In this document: positions 25,510 through 38,493 of the stretch, in pieces | Layout: the number at the start of each line of letters is the position of its first letter | Numbering within the stretch: the first letter of the stretch is position 1 | Assembly (NCBI GenBank): GCA_964016885.1 | Contig: OZ024742.1 | Location: forward strand, 43,896,001-43,960,000 | Direction of reading: 5' to 3' | DNA from: Eledone cirrhosa | Lineage: Eukaryota | Length of the DNA: 64,000 bases | Made by a program: the position numbers and the translations under genes | Notes under the pieces: model-generated | What the model saw: the letters and a program-made list of their open reading frames with translations, nothing else | Database searches by the model: none | What the model was told of the DNA's origin: nothing

Positions 25510-26325
25510 AAGATGGTGGATTGACAGAATTGGTAGTGTGTTGAACAAAATACTTTGTGGCTTTTGCTCTTGCTCTCTACATACTGAGTTCAAATCTTGC
25601 TGAAGTCAGTTTTGTCTTTCAGCATTCTGGGGTTGATAAAATAAAGTACCAGTCATGTAGTGGTATCGATTTAATCAACCTTCCACTCCCCCTCCAAACT
25701 GCTGGCCTTGTGCCTAAATTAGAAACCAGAGAGTGGTGCATTGACAGAATCTTAAGTATCAGTCAAAATGCTTTGCAGTGTTTAGTTACCACTTATGTTG
25801 AGTTCAACTCCTGCCAAGGTCAACTTTGCTTTTTATTCTTCCAGGGTCAATAAAATATAGTACTGGTGAAAGAATGGTTCAATTTAATCGACTTCCCCTC
25901 CTCCAAATTGATGGCCTTGTGCATAAATTACAAATCATCATTATTAGTAGTATTATTTTGTAAGGTGGATTGGCAATATCGGTAGAGCATCGGACAACAT
26001 GCTTTGCGGTATAGTTACAGCCCTTTACAATCTGAATTCAAATCCTGCTGAGGTTAGCTTTGCCTTTCATCCTTACAGGGTCAATAAAATAAAGTACCAG
26101 TAATGCACTGGGGGTTGATTTAATTGACCTTCCCCTTCCCCCAAAAGTGTTGGCCTTGTGCCTAAATCAGAAACCATTATTATACAAGGTGGTTACGTCC
26201 TTTTATGGTCTGAGTTGAAATCCTGCCGAGGTTAACTTTGCCTTTCATCCTTATGGGGGTCAATAAAGTACCAGTAATACACTGGCATAATTGCTGGCTT
26301 TGTGCCAAAAGTAGAAACAATTATT
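25510..26325 (+). mobile_element. Head-to-tail array of about 4 SINE family B copies
   Basis: Each unit: GGATTG(G/A)CAG..GAGTTCAAATCC..GCCTTTCATCC..GTACCAGT..GGCCTTGTGCCTAAAT..GAAACCATTATT. Confidence 0.8.
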
Positions 26326-26409
26326 AAACAAGGTGGTGCATCAACAGGGGACAATGTTTTAGGAATGAAATTAAGTAGGCGGAAACTGATGAAGCCTATT
26401 GTTGTGTGT

Positions 26410-26980
26410 TGTGTAACTTAGTGGTTCGGCGGAAAGAGATTGATAAATATGTACCAGGATTGAAAAAATAAGTGCTGGGGTTGATATGATCAACTAAATC
26501 CATTTTAGACAGTACCCCAGTATGGCCACAGTCCAATGACTAAAACCATTAAAAATATGTGTGTTTATGTCCATGACCCTGCCTGTATTTGTTTACTGTT
26601 TGTTTTTGTCTTGTAACTTAGTGGCTCAACAAAAAAAAGATTCAGAAACTAAGTAGCATACTTGAAAGAATAAGTATTGGGGTCGATATGTACTACCAAA
26701 TTCTTTTAACCCTTCAGCATTTAAACTGGTTGTATCCGGCCAGAATTCTCTCACTTCTTTCTATTCAAACCAGCTGTAATAGGCCATTCATACCAATATT
26801 AAGGTATTGTTTTCAAAATAAATATCAAAATCTCATAGATTTGATATTATATGAGACGGTGATGTGAGGTAAGACCTTTACTGTGAAAATATAATAGTAA
26901 ATATAGAGTAATGTAAATGCTAAAGGGTTAAGGTGGTGCCCCAGCATGGCCACAGGCTTTTGATTGAAGCTAGTAAAAGT
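26410..26980 (+). repeat. Two copies of a dispersed repeat (TGTAACTTAGTGGTTCGGC...CCCCAGCATGGCCACAG); second copy split by a MITE
   Basis: Related sequence at 58160-58320 and, inverted, at ~16780-16900. Confidence 0.6.
26710..26927. mobile_element. piggyBac-type MITE family 1
   Basis: TTAA-CCCTTCAGCATTT...AAATGCTAAAGGG-TTAA. Confidence 0.85.
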
Positions 26981-28084
26981 ATATGTAGAATACCCTTGCA
27001 AGCAGGGAAAAGCGGGCGTAAAATGATGATGATGATGTGTGTGGCTTTGAGGTTAAGCTTTTGCACCACTGTCTGTCTGGTTAAAAGATTTTGTGTGTGT
27101 GTGTGTGTCCCCTCCTGCAGAAGGCATCCAATACTCCACTTGCCCCAGTTTGCATGAGTGACTCACAAAATGAGCTCTATCTCTTACACACTTGAGTGGT
27201 TAATGGAAGAAGGGCAGGATGGTTGGGTGGGTGTTCAACTACAAATTATCTCATAGAAGTAAGATGAATGGATATGTGGGTGTGGTCGTGGATGTGTGTG
27301 TTTTTCTGTTACCTAGGTGAGCTAATTAGTGTTGGGTGTGGTTGTAATTATAGTATAGTTCGTTAGAGTAAAAAAAATAGGGATAATGACAGCAGGGGAG
27401 GGGGTAAGATTCTGGGAGCTGTTACTTCCGTTGGCTTCGAAAAGGCAGACTGTAGGGGTGTGTGTGTGATGATACATAATGTGATAGTGTGTGTGATGAT
27501 ACATGGGGGTGGGATGTGCGTTTTGTGTTTCTACATGGTAGTGTGACATGGGTGTGTGGGGGAGACGGTGTGTATGGGGAGGATATGGATTGTGTGTGTG
27601 GGTGGGTGGGACAATGAGTGTGTGGGGTGGGCGACATGAAGTGTGTCTATGACAAAGTGTATATGTGTGCAACATGATTGTGTGTGTGACACGAAGTGTA
27701 TATGTCTGACAAAGTATGTGTGTGTGCACGCAACATGAAGTTTGTGTGTGTGCGCGACATAGAGGTTGAAAAGATGTTTAAGCTATGAAGCATGGATTTG
27801 ATCCAGTGAGTTGGAACGGATTACACAAGCATTGGAGATTATGGATCTGTTTCTGATTAGTAATAGAATACAACAGTGAAGATAGGAATCTTTGTTTCTT
27901 TCAAACTTCTTTTTCTCTGTCCCTACCTTTCTCTCTTTCTCCATACCTCTCTCTCCACCACCCCCTCCTTCATACAGCTCATCAGTGTTCTACATTTCAT
28001 GTATATTAACCCATTTGATACGAACCTGCCTGAGATTGTCTTTATTTTTATGATGCAGGACTACTTGTATTAAAACATTTTATT

Positions 28085-28790
28085 AGGATTGGCAGTATCT
28101 GTAGAGCGTTGGACAACATGCTTTGAGGCATATAGTTACATCCCTTTACATTCTTAGTTCAAATATTGCTGAGGTTAGCTTTGCCTTTCATCCTTACAGA
28201 GTTGATAGAATAAAATACCCAGTATGATTGGTTGATTTAATCAACTTTCCCTTCCCCCAAAATGCTGGCCTTGTGCCTAAATCAGAAACAATCCTTACAG
28301 GGTCGATTGAATAAAGTACCAGTAATGCACTGGGGTTGATTTAATCAACTTTCCCTTCCCCAAAAATGCTGGCCTTGTGCCTAAATCAGAAACCATTATT
28401 ATTATTAGCAGAATCGATAGAGCGTTGGACATGCTTTGCGTTCTGAATTCAAATCCTGCCACGGTTAGCTTTGCCTTTCATCCTTACGGGGTCGATTGAA
28501 TAAAGTAGCAGTAATGCACTGGGGTCGATTTAATCAACTTTCCCCTGCCCCAAAATTGCTGGCCTTGTGCCTAAATCTGAAACCATTATTATGGCAGTAG
28601 TTTGGGCAGTAGTGTCAGACAAAATACTTTAGCCCTTTATATTTTGAGTTCAAATTCTGCCAAGGCCATCTTTACCTTTCATCCTTTCAAGGGTTGATAA
28701 AATAAAATACCATTCAAGTATTGGAGTTGATATAATCAACTTTCCCTCCTCCCAAATTACTGGCCTTGTTGCCTAAATTAGAAATCATTA
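28085..28790 (+). mobile_element. Second head-to-tail array of SINE family B copies
   Basis: Four GGCCTTGT(G)CCTAAAT..GAAA..ATT-type ends at ~28290, 28395, 28585 and 28790. Confidence 0.8.
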
Positions 28791-28929
28791 TTTTGTCTAA
28801 GAACCTTTGTCTGTTCATATCCCAAATATCAGCATGTGATAATTGGCTATTTTACAAATTCTTGATTATTTTCCTAATTGTAAATGTATTTCATTTATAT
28901 ACATATTCACAAAAAGGAATTAACATATA

Positions 28930-29012
28930 CAGGGTGTCACCAAAAAATGTATGCACACATCATTCAACAACGTACTAATAAATATGTGTATACATTTTTT
29001 TGGAACACCCTG
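28930..29012. mobile_element. Tiny Tc1/mariner-type MITE
   Basis: TA-CAGGGTGT..CAAAAAATGTAT / ATACATTTTTTTGG.ACACCCTG-TA; related copies at ~41087-41164, ~48002-48075 and ~53655. Confidence 0.75.
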
Positions 29013-30032
29013 TATTGTGGCAGCCACTTTTGATCACTTTGGGACAAAGCCTTTTAGATAACAATAGTTGGCTGATAACACTAAGCAGATGAGGATATAA
29101 CAATATATTGACTGTTTGTATTTAATCTGAAAAACATCCATCAAAATTTTATGTAATTTTCCAAATATCTGCTTAACCCATTAGCATTTAAACTGACCAT
29201 ATCCGGCCAGAATTCTCTGACCTCCTTCTGTTCAAACCAACTGTAACCGGCTGCTCATACTTATGTTAAGGTATTGTTCTCAAAATAAATATCAAAATCT
29301 CATAGATTCGATGTCATGCGGAAATACAATTATATATATATATATACTAGCAGTGTATCCCCGCGTTGCACGGGTAAGAACATTGGTAATAGCACCTCCA
29401 ATGAGAAACGTTTGTGAGTGTCTGTTAAAAACTCATGAAAATATACCAACAGGAAACTTGTTTTATTTGGAGAAAATAAAGAAGTTGAAAGTACAGTTTA
29501 GCTGTCTACATGCATTGTTCATAGAAATATTGTTGAGCCCCTTTTTTTCATACTCCTCTGTTTTAGCCTATTGGAGTAAATGTGAAAGAGAAAGTCACAG
29601 GTTAAGTTGGCAGAAGGTTCCAGTGCAATAGCAGTAAGGCGTAGGCTACTTACCTCAAAAGTTCTTTCACCATCTTGTCACTAAGTTACTCTTTCTCTTG
29701 ATCCCTCTCAGTGAAGTTTCTTGCGTAGGCCTGGTGTAGATTTGCACCCGATCCATCTGCCCGATGCACATGTCCGCTTTGTACGCCGTTTGGAGGAAGG
29801 AGTGACCAGCAGTATGTTGTTCAGTATTATTACGAAAAGGTGTAGCAGAGAATCCCGTGTGAACTAACAGCTCTGGAGGAAACTGCTTACCTCAAAGATT
29901 CATTCGCCATCGTTCTTGTCAACGCTCCGTTTAGTTGGTATTTGTTGGTCTACAGTTAGATGAATGGTGCACAAAGAGTTAATGTTTATTGGCAAGAAGT
30001 GGAAACTGGGCTGGCTTGCCTCGCTTATATTA

Positions 30033-30883
30033 TCTATATATATAAAACTGTGGTTGTCTGTCTGTCTATCGATTTTTGGCACACATCTCCTCTTAGAATC
30101 TCTCACGGAATTGCACCGAAATTGCTATACTTGTACATTGAGCCCTAGCGAAGACATCGGGAAAAAAAAAATTTCAAATTGACCCACCCTATGTGACGAA
30201 ATCGAATATAATGTATCGATTTTTGAGCGTAAGTGATCAGTTATTTCCCTTTGTTCTGTTTACATTGAGCGTCTTACGTAAAAAATTACGCTGGCTTTCT
30301 CAGCGTTTAAAATGACATTAACACAATACACGTTCGAACACTAAGCTTCCGTTTTGCTTCATTTCCATTTAAAAGCATTTTAAAACAATATTTTTACTTG
30401 AAAACAAGTCTATTTAAAGACTACGTAAAACAAGCAAATATTTCGTCGTTAGGTGTGCAGACAGACAGTCGTGCAGAGAGGTGATATACGCGTGCAGACA
30501 GACAGTCGTGCAGAGAGGTGATATAGGCGTGCAGACAGACAGTCGTGCAGAGAGGTGATATAGGCGTGCAGACAGACATAACTGATAATTTGGTTACGCT
30601 AATGTTTTTCTCTGCGTTGCAGTGTTTACATTTTCGATCTTTGTTAATAAATAACCAGTGCAGTTTCTATCCCCAGCATCCTCTTTTGTTATAACATTCG
30701 GGTTATCGTTATGTTTTCTTAACTTCATAAGGCATATTGTTGGTTGAGGGAATATTAATCAAAAACACCACATGCAAGTCTGCACAGTAGACACTATAGT
30801 TTTTAAGCCAAGAAAGAAACTTAACATTGTAACTTTAACACAGCTACTGAGCGACCCCGAGCAACGCCGGGCTTTACTGCTAG
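30033..30883 (+). mobile_element. Non-autonomous Helitron-like element (inner, opposite orientation)
   Basis: A|TCTATATATATAAAACTGTGGTTGTC ... CCCCGAGCAACGCCGGG CTTTACTGCTAG|T: TC...CTAG ends, AT target, no TSD. Confidence 0.8.
30453..30578 (+). repeat. 37-bp tandem repeat (~3.4 units) inside the inner Helitron
   Basis: Unit GCGTGCAGACAGACAGTCGTGCAGAGAGGTGATATAG. Confidence 0.9.
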
Positions 30884-31586
30884 TATATATTAAAATAACA
30901 GATTAAAGTTTAAGCAAAGAATCGCTGCATTCACCCTTAACGGGATCTTCTGAAACGAAAAAAAATCAGTCTGTGAATGCAGAAGTAAATATTTCGAAAA
31001 ACATTGCAACCGAAGGAAAACAGGAAGACAATACTTTGGTTCGTGAAGATGTTCCTTGGCAATGAACAGAAAATAGCGAACATAATACGTCACCAATGTT
31101 TGTCGTAATGTAGACAGCCAGGCATATAGACAGATATTATAAGGGGACGACGGAGATCGATGACCAGCGCCTAACAACAGTTAATATCTTTAGACCGCAA
31201 GGAATATATAAATGCAAGTTTGAAGTCAATCGGAGTAAAAATGTGGATTTGTATAGACTTTGCAAAAATGAGGACACACACACACACAGACAACTACAGT
31301 TTTATATATATATATATATAGAGGGAGAGGGAGGGAGAGAGAGAGAGAGACTTCAAATTTATTATTTTCAAAGTAAATTGAAATACATAGGCATTGTTTC
31401 ATTAGAAAAATAACAATAAGCTTAATCCGCATCATGTCATCTACTAAATGATTTGTCCAAATTCTACTTCCTGAGAACAACTTCCAGCTCTAATTTTTTT
31501 CCCTGCCTATATTTCCTTTTATTTATTATTCTGTAGACCTCAACCATGTCAATCTCACCAACCTGGAAGAGCCTACAATGGTGATG

Positions 31587-31625
<39 letters not shown>

Positions 31626-32239
31626 GCTCACACAGACGTAGGTTTAGTTAGTCTTCTGCAAGTGTTACACATGATAGTAGATTTCTTGTGTGTCTATCAT
31701 GAAAATTGACATGAAATAAAGTGTCTTGCTCAAGATTACAACTCCTTGCCCATTTCAGGAATTAAACATGTGACCTTATGATCATGTATCCAACACTCTA
31801 ACCACTAGACTAGTGATCGCCAAAGTGGGTTCCATGGAACCCAAGGGTTCCGCAAAGGAGTGTCTACTTTTTCAAACGCGGAACCCTTTTTGGTGCAGAA
31901 ACTTTTGGGGGAACCCCAAAGTCTAATACTGTTATATGGTTGTTATATAAATATACTCCTCTACTTTTTTTCCCATACATCTTCACTCCACAATGGTCAT
32001 GGACATAGGTTAATATATTGTGGAAAATGGTAACCAATGCATCTAAAAATAAAATCAACATAGCTGATCACCCATTGATGGATACATCTGACAATGAAAA
32101 GTTGCATAATTGACCAGACCATCAGTGGACAGACTGAAGATGGACTAATTAGAAAATGTTCTGACTCTTTGAAGACTTTGTCTTCAAAACTCCACATATG
32201 CCCCATTAGGATATTAGTATCAGTTGCCAAAACACTCCT

Positions 32240-32580
32240 TTTTCTAACCTCTCCCCTTCTTTCTCTCCTCTCCCCTTCTTTCTCTCCTCTCGCCTTCTTT
32301 CTCTCCTCTCCCCTCTTTCTCTCCTCTCCCCTCTTTCTCACTTCTCCCCTCTTTCTCACCTCTCCCCCTCTTTCTCACCTCTCCCCCTCTTTCTCACCTC
32401 TCCTCCTCTCCCCCTCTTTCTCACCTCTCCTCCTCTCCCCCTCTTTCTCACCTCTCCTCCTCTCCCCCTCTTTCTCACCTCTCCTCCTCTCCCCCTCTTT
32501 CTCACCTCCTCCTCTCCCCCCCCTTTCTCACCTCTCCTCCTCTCCCCCGCTTTCTCTCCTTTCTCCTGCTTTCTCTCACA
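32240..32580. repeat. Pyrimidine minisatellite (18- and 24-bp units)
   Basis: CTCCTCTCCCCCTCTTTCTCACCT repeats. Confidence 0.9.
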
Positions 32581-32669
32581 TGATCCATTGAACATAGACA
32601 ATCAATAAATTATGTAATGTGGGCATTGGTAATATAATTCAATGTTTTGTGCTTGTTTCAGTTCAGTTT

Positions 32670-33273
32670 TATATATATGTACGTGTGTGTGTGATATATA
32701 TATATGTATGTGTGTGTGTGTGTGTGATATATATATATGTATGTGTGTGTGTGTGTGTGATATATATATATATGTATGTGTGTGTGTGTGTGTGATATAT
32801 ATATATATGTATGTGTGTGTGTGTGTGTGATATATATATATGTATGTGTGTGTGTGTGATATATATATATGTATGTGTGTGTGTGTGTGTGATATATATA
32901 TATGTGTGTGTGTGTGTGTGATATATATATATGTATGTGTGTGTGATATATATATATATGTGTGTGTGATATATATATATGTATGTGTGTGTGATATATA
33001 TATATGTATGTGTGTGTGTGTGTGATATATATATATGTATGTGTGTGTGTGTGTGATATATATATATGTATGTGTGTGTGTGTGTGTGTGATATATATAT
33101 ATGTATGTGTGTGTGTGTGTGTGATATATATATATATGTATGTGTTTGCGTGATATATATATATATATATATATGTATGTGTTTGCGTGATATATATATA
33201 TATGTGTGTGCGTGATATATATGTGTGTGTGATATATATATGTGTGTGTGTGATATATATATGTGTTGTTGTG

Positions 33274-33304
<31 letters not shown>

Positions 33305-33335
33305 ATATCTATGCATGTGTGTGTGTGTGTGTATA
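32670..33335. repeat. Compound (TA)n(TG)n satellite
   Basis: Higher-order unit GA(TA)nTG(TA)(TG)n. Confidence 0.95.
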
Positions 33336-33708
33336 TCAGCATATAACACCATAATACCACATCAATGGCATCGTATATAAATTCATCAATAATATTTACT
33401 GATATACAACACAATGGTATATACTAATATATAATACACCAATGGTATATACTTTTAACACGGGATTATACATCAATGATATACACTAGCATATAACATA
33501 GTGATTGTAACATATCACTGTGTGTGTGGTTTGGAACCATAGTTACATCAATATATACATATGGGGGGGGGGGGTATAGGCGTGGGTCTGTGTAGTCTAG
33601 TCTGTGTGTCTGGTCTCACTCATTCTGCCATGTGTGTGTCTGGTCTGTCTGGCTTCTGTAACTTTACTGGGATAGTTTATTGATAAAAATGTTTTGTGTG
33701 TGTATGTA

Positions 33709-33749
<41 letters not shown>

Positions 33750-34174
33750 TGCAAATTTTAGCTGCAGCAGTTTGCATAACTGAGTCATCTGTGTTGTTGA
33801 TAATGTTGTTGTTGTCATTTTTGCTGCAGTGACTGCATTATAAATAATACAACTATTTTTAAATGATTTAATAAGATACTACAGACAGACAAGAATATAA
33901 TAGGATGCAAGACATATAATCCTTTAATCTAACCTCTTCGACTCTCCTCCTCTGCTATAGTTTGTAATATACACAAAGCCTCTTTAATTATGAAGGAGAG
34001 GACTCTGTTAATCCAATTGCTACCATATTTCTAATGAAATGCATTTCCTATATGTTTCAAATCATTTAGAAAATAATCAAGAATTAGGAAGGATCTAGTA
34101 ATATAACTAACACTCACATCATTTATTTGGTGTTTGGAGCACAATGAAGGTTTTTAGATAAATATTGCAGGCCC

Positions 34175-34370
34175 CCTAGAAAGTTCCCTTCCAGGCACAA
34201 GCCCAAGTAAGGTGTTTTTGCAGAAGACCCACAGTCATTCTTGCATACCAGTCTGCCCTCTCCACACCATCGACGTTGTCCAAGAGAAAGACAAAGACCA
34301 ATATAGCTTGGCATCAGTGTTGTCGCAACAGTCTTTCCAGCTGAGTGAACTGCTGCAATGTGAAATAAAG
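34175..34370 (-). mobile_element. SINE with family A core and a third tail type
   Basis: Minus strand CTTTATTTCACATTGC..CAGTTCACTCAGCTG core followed by an unrelated tail. Confidence 0.6.
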
Positions 34371-36884
34371 CAGAAACGGCAGAGAGATGAAACAACATAT
34401 ATATATGGTCTAGAGCTGATTGTGTATTGATGAAGTCCTTGCCAAACAGACAGATGACTTTATTTTTGGGGTGTAGGGATACAATCTAGGAATTGTTTGT
34501 GTTTATCAGCAGCACTGGTCCCATTTGCAAGAGAATATTTTGTTCTAGATCTTACTTGAGTTATATAGTGTCACCAGCTGTTTAGATTTAAAATATTTTC
34601 TGGCTTTATAGAAAATTGCTAATCCATTGTGATGTAGTTTTTGCTGTTTTATGTGAGATCACCAAGAGATCATCTGTTATTATAGTCTAAACACTCAGAG
34701 TAACTTTAGTTGTGTGGTGTCTAAGAAGGTGATGTAGAAGGTTTTATATGTATTGTGTCTATTGCACTGTTCAAAGAGACAAGATGATTGCATCCTCCTT
34801 GGAGAATGTTTCCAGCATCTCTATTCATAAAGACAGTGAATAGTGCTAGTGTCACAGGAAAAAGTACCCAGTCCACTCTGTAAGGTGGTAGTGCTGATAC
34901 CATGACAAAATGCACCCAGTACACATTGTAAGGTGGTTGGCAACAAGAGGGTCATCTGACCATAAAAACCATGGAACGTATGAGCCCTCAAAAAAATGGA
35001 ACATATGAGTTAGATACAATAATTTTGCCTGTCAAATCTCACAATTGACCCCATAATGAGTGTGAAATATATCACGAGATTCGCTAGGCTACCCTTTGCT
35101 TTGGAAAGGCAAATGGGTTAAAAATGTTTGTTGTAATATGATATGAATGGCTGATAAATACTGGCTGGAAAAATGTTCCAAGCTCTGGCAGTGGAAGTTG
35201 ACCTGTGGTAGATGATTTGAGAAAAGTTGTGAAAAAACATGGTGGGGATGTCAGATAATAGGATATTGGACATTTTAGATGGGACAAACAAAAATATATT
35301 GAATATGTTGTGATATAATGTACAGGAAGGTGGCTGACTGGTTCAACCAATGGCTTTGTGGTTGTTGAGCTTCTTTAGAGCAAGCAGCTCTGATTTCATC
35401 GGGGGTGACAGGATCACGTCTGCAAGTGTTGTTAGCTGCAGTAGTGGTTAGGCAACTTAATGAGAAAATCAATTATTAAATTAAATCCCTCCAAATTTTT
35501 AAATATTTAAAAAATTATTTGAAAATCATAGACAGTATCCTCCATTGGAAATATTGTGAAAAAGATTATATTGATGAATAGAGAGTAATCTTGACTGAAT
35601 TGTTAACTCTGTCATTACCATATTTGTATTGAAATACTTTGTATTTGAATTCATGAACAATTTGGGAAGGATTAACTAAAATTACTTTATTAAGATAGTA
35701 TTTGTAACATAACGAAATGCTCTTATATAAAATTATGTTGCAAGGTTTTAAGTAGGAACCCTTTAAAATGGGTGGGTTTGTTTCATAGAAACAGAGGCAG
35801 GTTTTGGGTGGGGTTGGTATCAAAAAGATAAACTGTTGCTGCTGCTGCTTTGAGAAAAATATAATAACTTAAAGGATCCTCCTTCCTTCACTGGTTTGAC
35901 ATTGAAAGTTTTAGACTAGGACACAGATCATCTGTTGGCTGAAAGAAGTAGATAAGAAGTGGTTGCCTTTTTCAAAGATCTTAATAGATAAAGTTGGTTG
36001 GTGGGTGGTTGCTGGTTTGGTTGACTGGTTGGTGGGTGGGTAGGAGATGGAACTGAGGAGCAACTAAAAGAAACTGATGTATCAACAAAGTGTAATGTTG
36101 TTTACAGTTGAGTCTAGAAGTTGGGCTCCTTCCTTACCTCTTTGCCCAGCTCCCTACTTGTTCTGAAGAGGATGTTACATAGATAACAACTCCCTTAACA
36201 AATTCCTTTATTGATCAGATAGTTTAGATAGAACTCTATAAATAACATTTTCCTTCCTTTGATACACATTTATTTATTAGTAGCCTCTCTTGAGAACTCT
36301 CTAACATGTATACCATTTTCTTTTTCCACCACTGCACTTTATTAATTCATCCAATTTATGTGTAAACTCCTACGCATTTTGGGGTGTTCCCCTTAGTAGC
36401 AGTGACTATAAAGTCCCCCTTATAGCAGTCAAAGAAAAGATAATGTGTTTGTTTTATGTAACAAAGTAAATTCTCTCTCTCTCTCTCCAAATAAATTTAT
36501 ATTGATATACAAAATATCGACTTGCCGTGCCATAACTGCTCAATGTAAATTTGGCACAAAAATCCTAAAATCAGAGTGCACATATAACAATGTTATGGGT
36601 ACAACATTTTTAATATCTTGCAAATAAATTATATAGAACTAAGCAATACATTAAAAATATTACGTACATTAGCAATATATGGGTCTATTCATCATAATAT
36701 CCATGTTTTCCATATTGGCATGAGTTGTACATGCTAGGACACTGATGTATATATATATATGTACATTTTTTTTTTTTTAAATCACCTGACAACCAAAGGA
36801 GTACTTCAAATCATTTTACTTATGTCTACACACATTTCAACTTCAATATTAGCATATAATATGAAAGTGGGAGGAGGGAGGTAT

Positions 36885-37245
36885 CAAAGTTGAAGCTGTA
36901 GAAAACTTAGAAAAGAAACTTCAAACATGGAAGCAAAGCCTCGGATTAAGAGTTCTTAAAGTAAACCTTAATGCATACAAAAGTTTTAGTAGCAAAAAGA
37001 AGACAGGACCCTGGATGGTGTGGCTATGCTTGATATGCAGAAATGTAATGGGTAGGGATTCCATGTAATGTAACTCCATGTAAACTATGGGTTCAACTGA
37101 ATCACAAGCAGGCTGACAGAGAAAGAGGACTTTGCATGTTGTAGATGCACAGGAGTAATTAGTAGTAAATTACAACTAGGAAATAAATTCCTTGAAATGA
37201 TAGTTTCTGATACCTCAATTACCCGATTAGCAGTAGAGGAATATA
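36885..37245 (+). mobile_element. Decayed RTE LINE fragment
   Basis: LEKKLQTWKQSL..RVLKVNL, W.CLICR, CKLWV, F.CCRCTGVI, matching 61200-61600. Confidence 0.7.
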
Positions 37246-37284
37246 TTCTATTTTAAAATGAAATATTTACTGAGTAATGCTTAA

Positions 37285-37534
37285 CTCTTTCATTACCATA
37301 TCTCTAATGTAATATGCTTCCTATGTTTCAAATAATTTTGAAAATAATAAAATATTAGGAGAAATTTGATAAAATAATTGACATTTTCATTAGTAAACTA
37401 TTTGAAACATCATTTAACAATTTTTTTTTAAAATTAAGATGTAAGCTTTCAATATTAATTATGAACACTTGAAAATGGGGAAATTTTGTATCATAAAATC
37501 AGAGCTTGTTTCAAGTGGCTTAGTATCAAAAGGG
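37285..37534. mobile_element. piggyBac-type MITE family 2
   Basis: TTAA-CTCTTTCATTACC...GTATCAAAAGGG-TTAA; related copies at ~15140, ~24265, ~24880 and ~45760. Confidence 0.65.
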
Positions 37535-38459
37535 TTAATGTTGGTTTTAGAATATGCTGTATGATAGCAACATCAATCAAAACTGTTATCCACTGGAATT
37601 CCCTACCTACCTATGGATGTTTCTACAAACATTGACCTTGAGGTATTCCAGAAAAATATCAATCATATCCAAACACAGACACACTTAGAAAAATACATAC
37701 TCACAGACATACACACACACATTTACACAAACACTCACACACAGCGTGGCAAATGGAACGCCAGTCGCTGTTTTGCTATAGTTTGTTCCCAATCCTCTTC
37801 CTTCCTTTTACACACATACACACACACACTGTGTAACGGATGGACGGAAGTAGCTTAAATTTATATATAGATTAATAGATATATCTTGTTAGAAATATGG
37901 TAATGAGAAGTTTTAAAAAAAAATGACTAAAATCAGTGTTATGAAATAAGTTCACATGAGGTAGTATGTTCTTGTTAGAAATATGGTAATGATAAAGTTG
38001 TTTAAAAACTGAATAATATCAGCGGAGTTGTGTAATAGGTTAACTAAACAGTTTACTTGATTACTCAGCTGAATAATGCCTTAGTCTGGATATATAGTCT
38101 AACTCTGCCTTGAAAATATTCATGGTAGACAAATGGTGTGTGTGTGTCTGTACTGTATAGGTATATGAGTGGGTAACCAAAAACTCGGTTGCATGCTTTA
38201 CATATACTTACACACATGTATGCACACAGATTTACATTCATACATAGTCATACATACATACACACACATGCACATACATACACACATACGCAGTCATACA
38301 TACATAGTCATGCATTCAGTCATACAAACACATACACGTACGCACATGCATAGTCATATATACATAGTCATGCATACATAGTCATGCATTCAGTCATACA
38401 TTGTCATATATATATAGATTCATACATTCATATATATATGCATACGTTTGTATGTATAA

Positions 38460-38493
<34 letters not shown>

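Larger units (their letters stand above)
29347..31322 (-). mobile_element. Non-autonomous Helitron-like element (outer)
   Basis: Minus strand 5' TC(TA)nAAAACTGTAGTTGTC; 3' CCCGTGCAACGCGGGG hairpin then ACTGCTAG followed by T. Confidence 0.75.

Noticed and set aside
31810-32230. hAT transposon end and transposase remnant
   Set aside because: Only one TIR-like end and no readable motif; too weak to call.
32602-33414. Long His/Thr/Tyr/Ile ORFs (also 42.3-42.8, 56.8-57.6 and 58.3-59.3 kb)
   Set aside because: Translations of stop-poor microsatellites.
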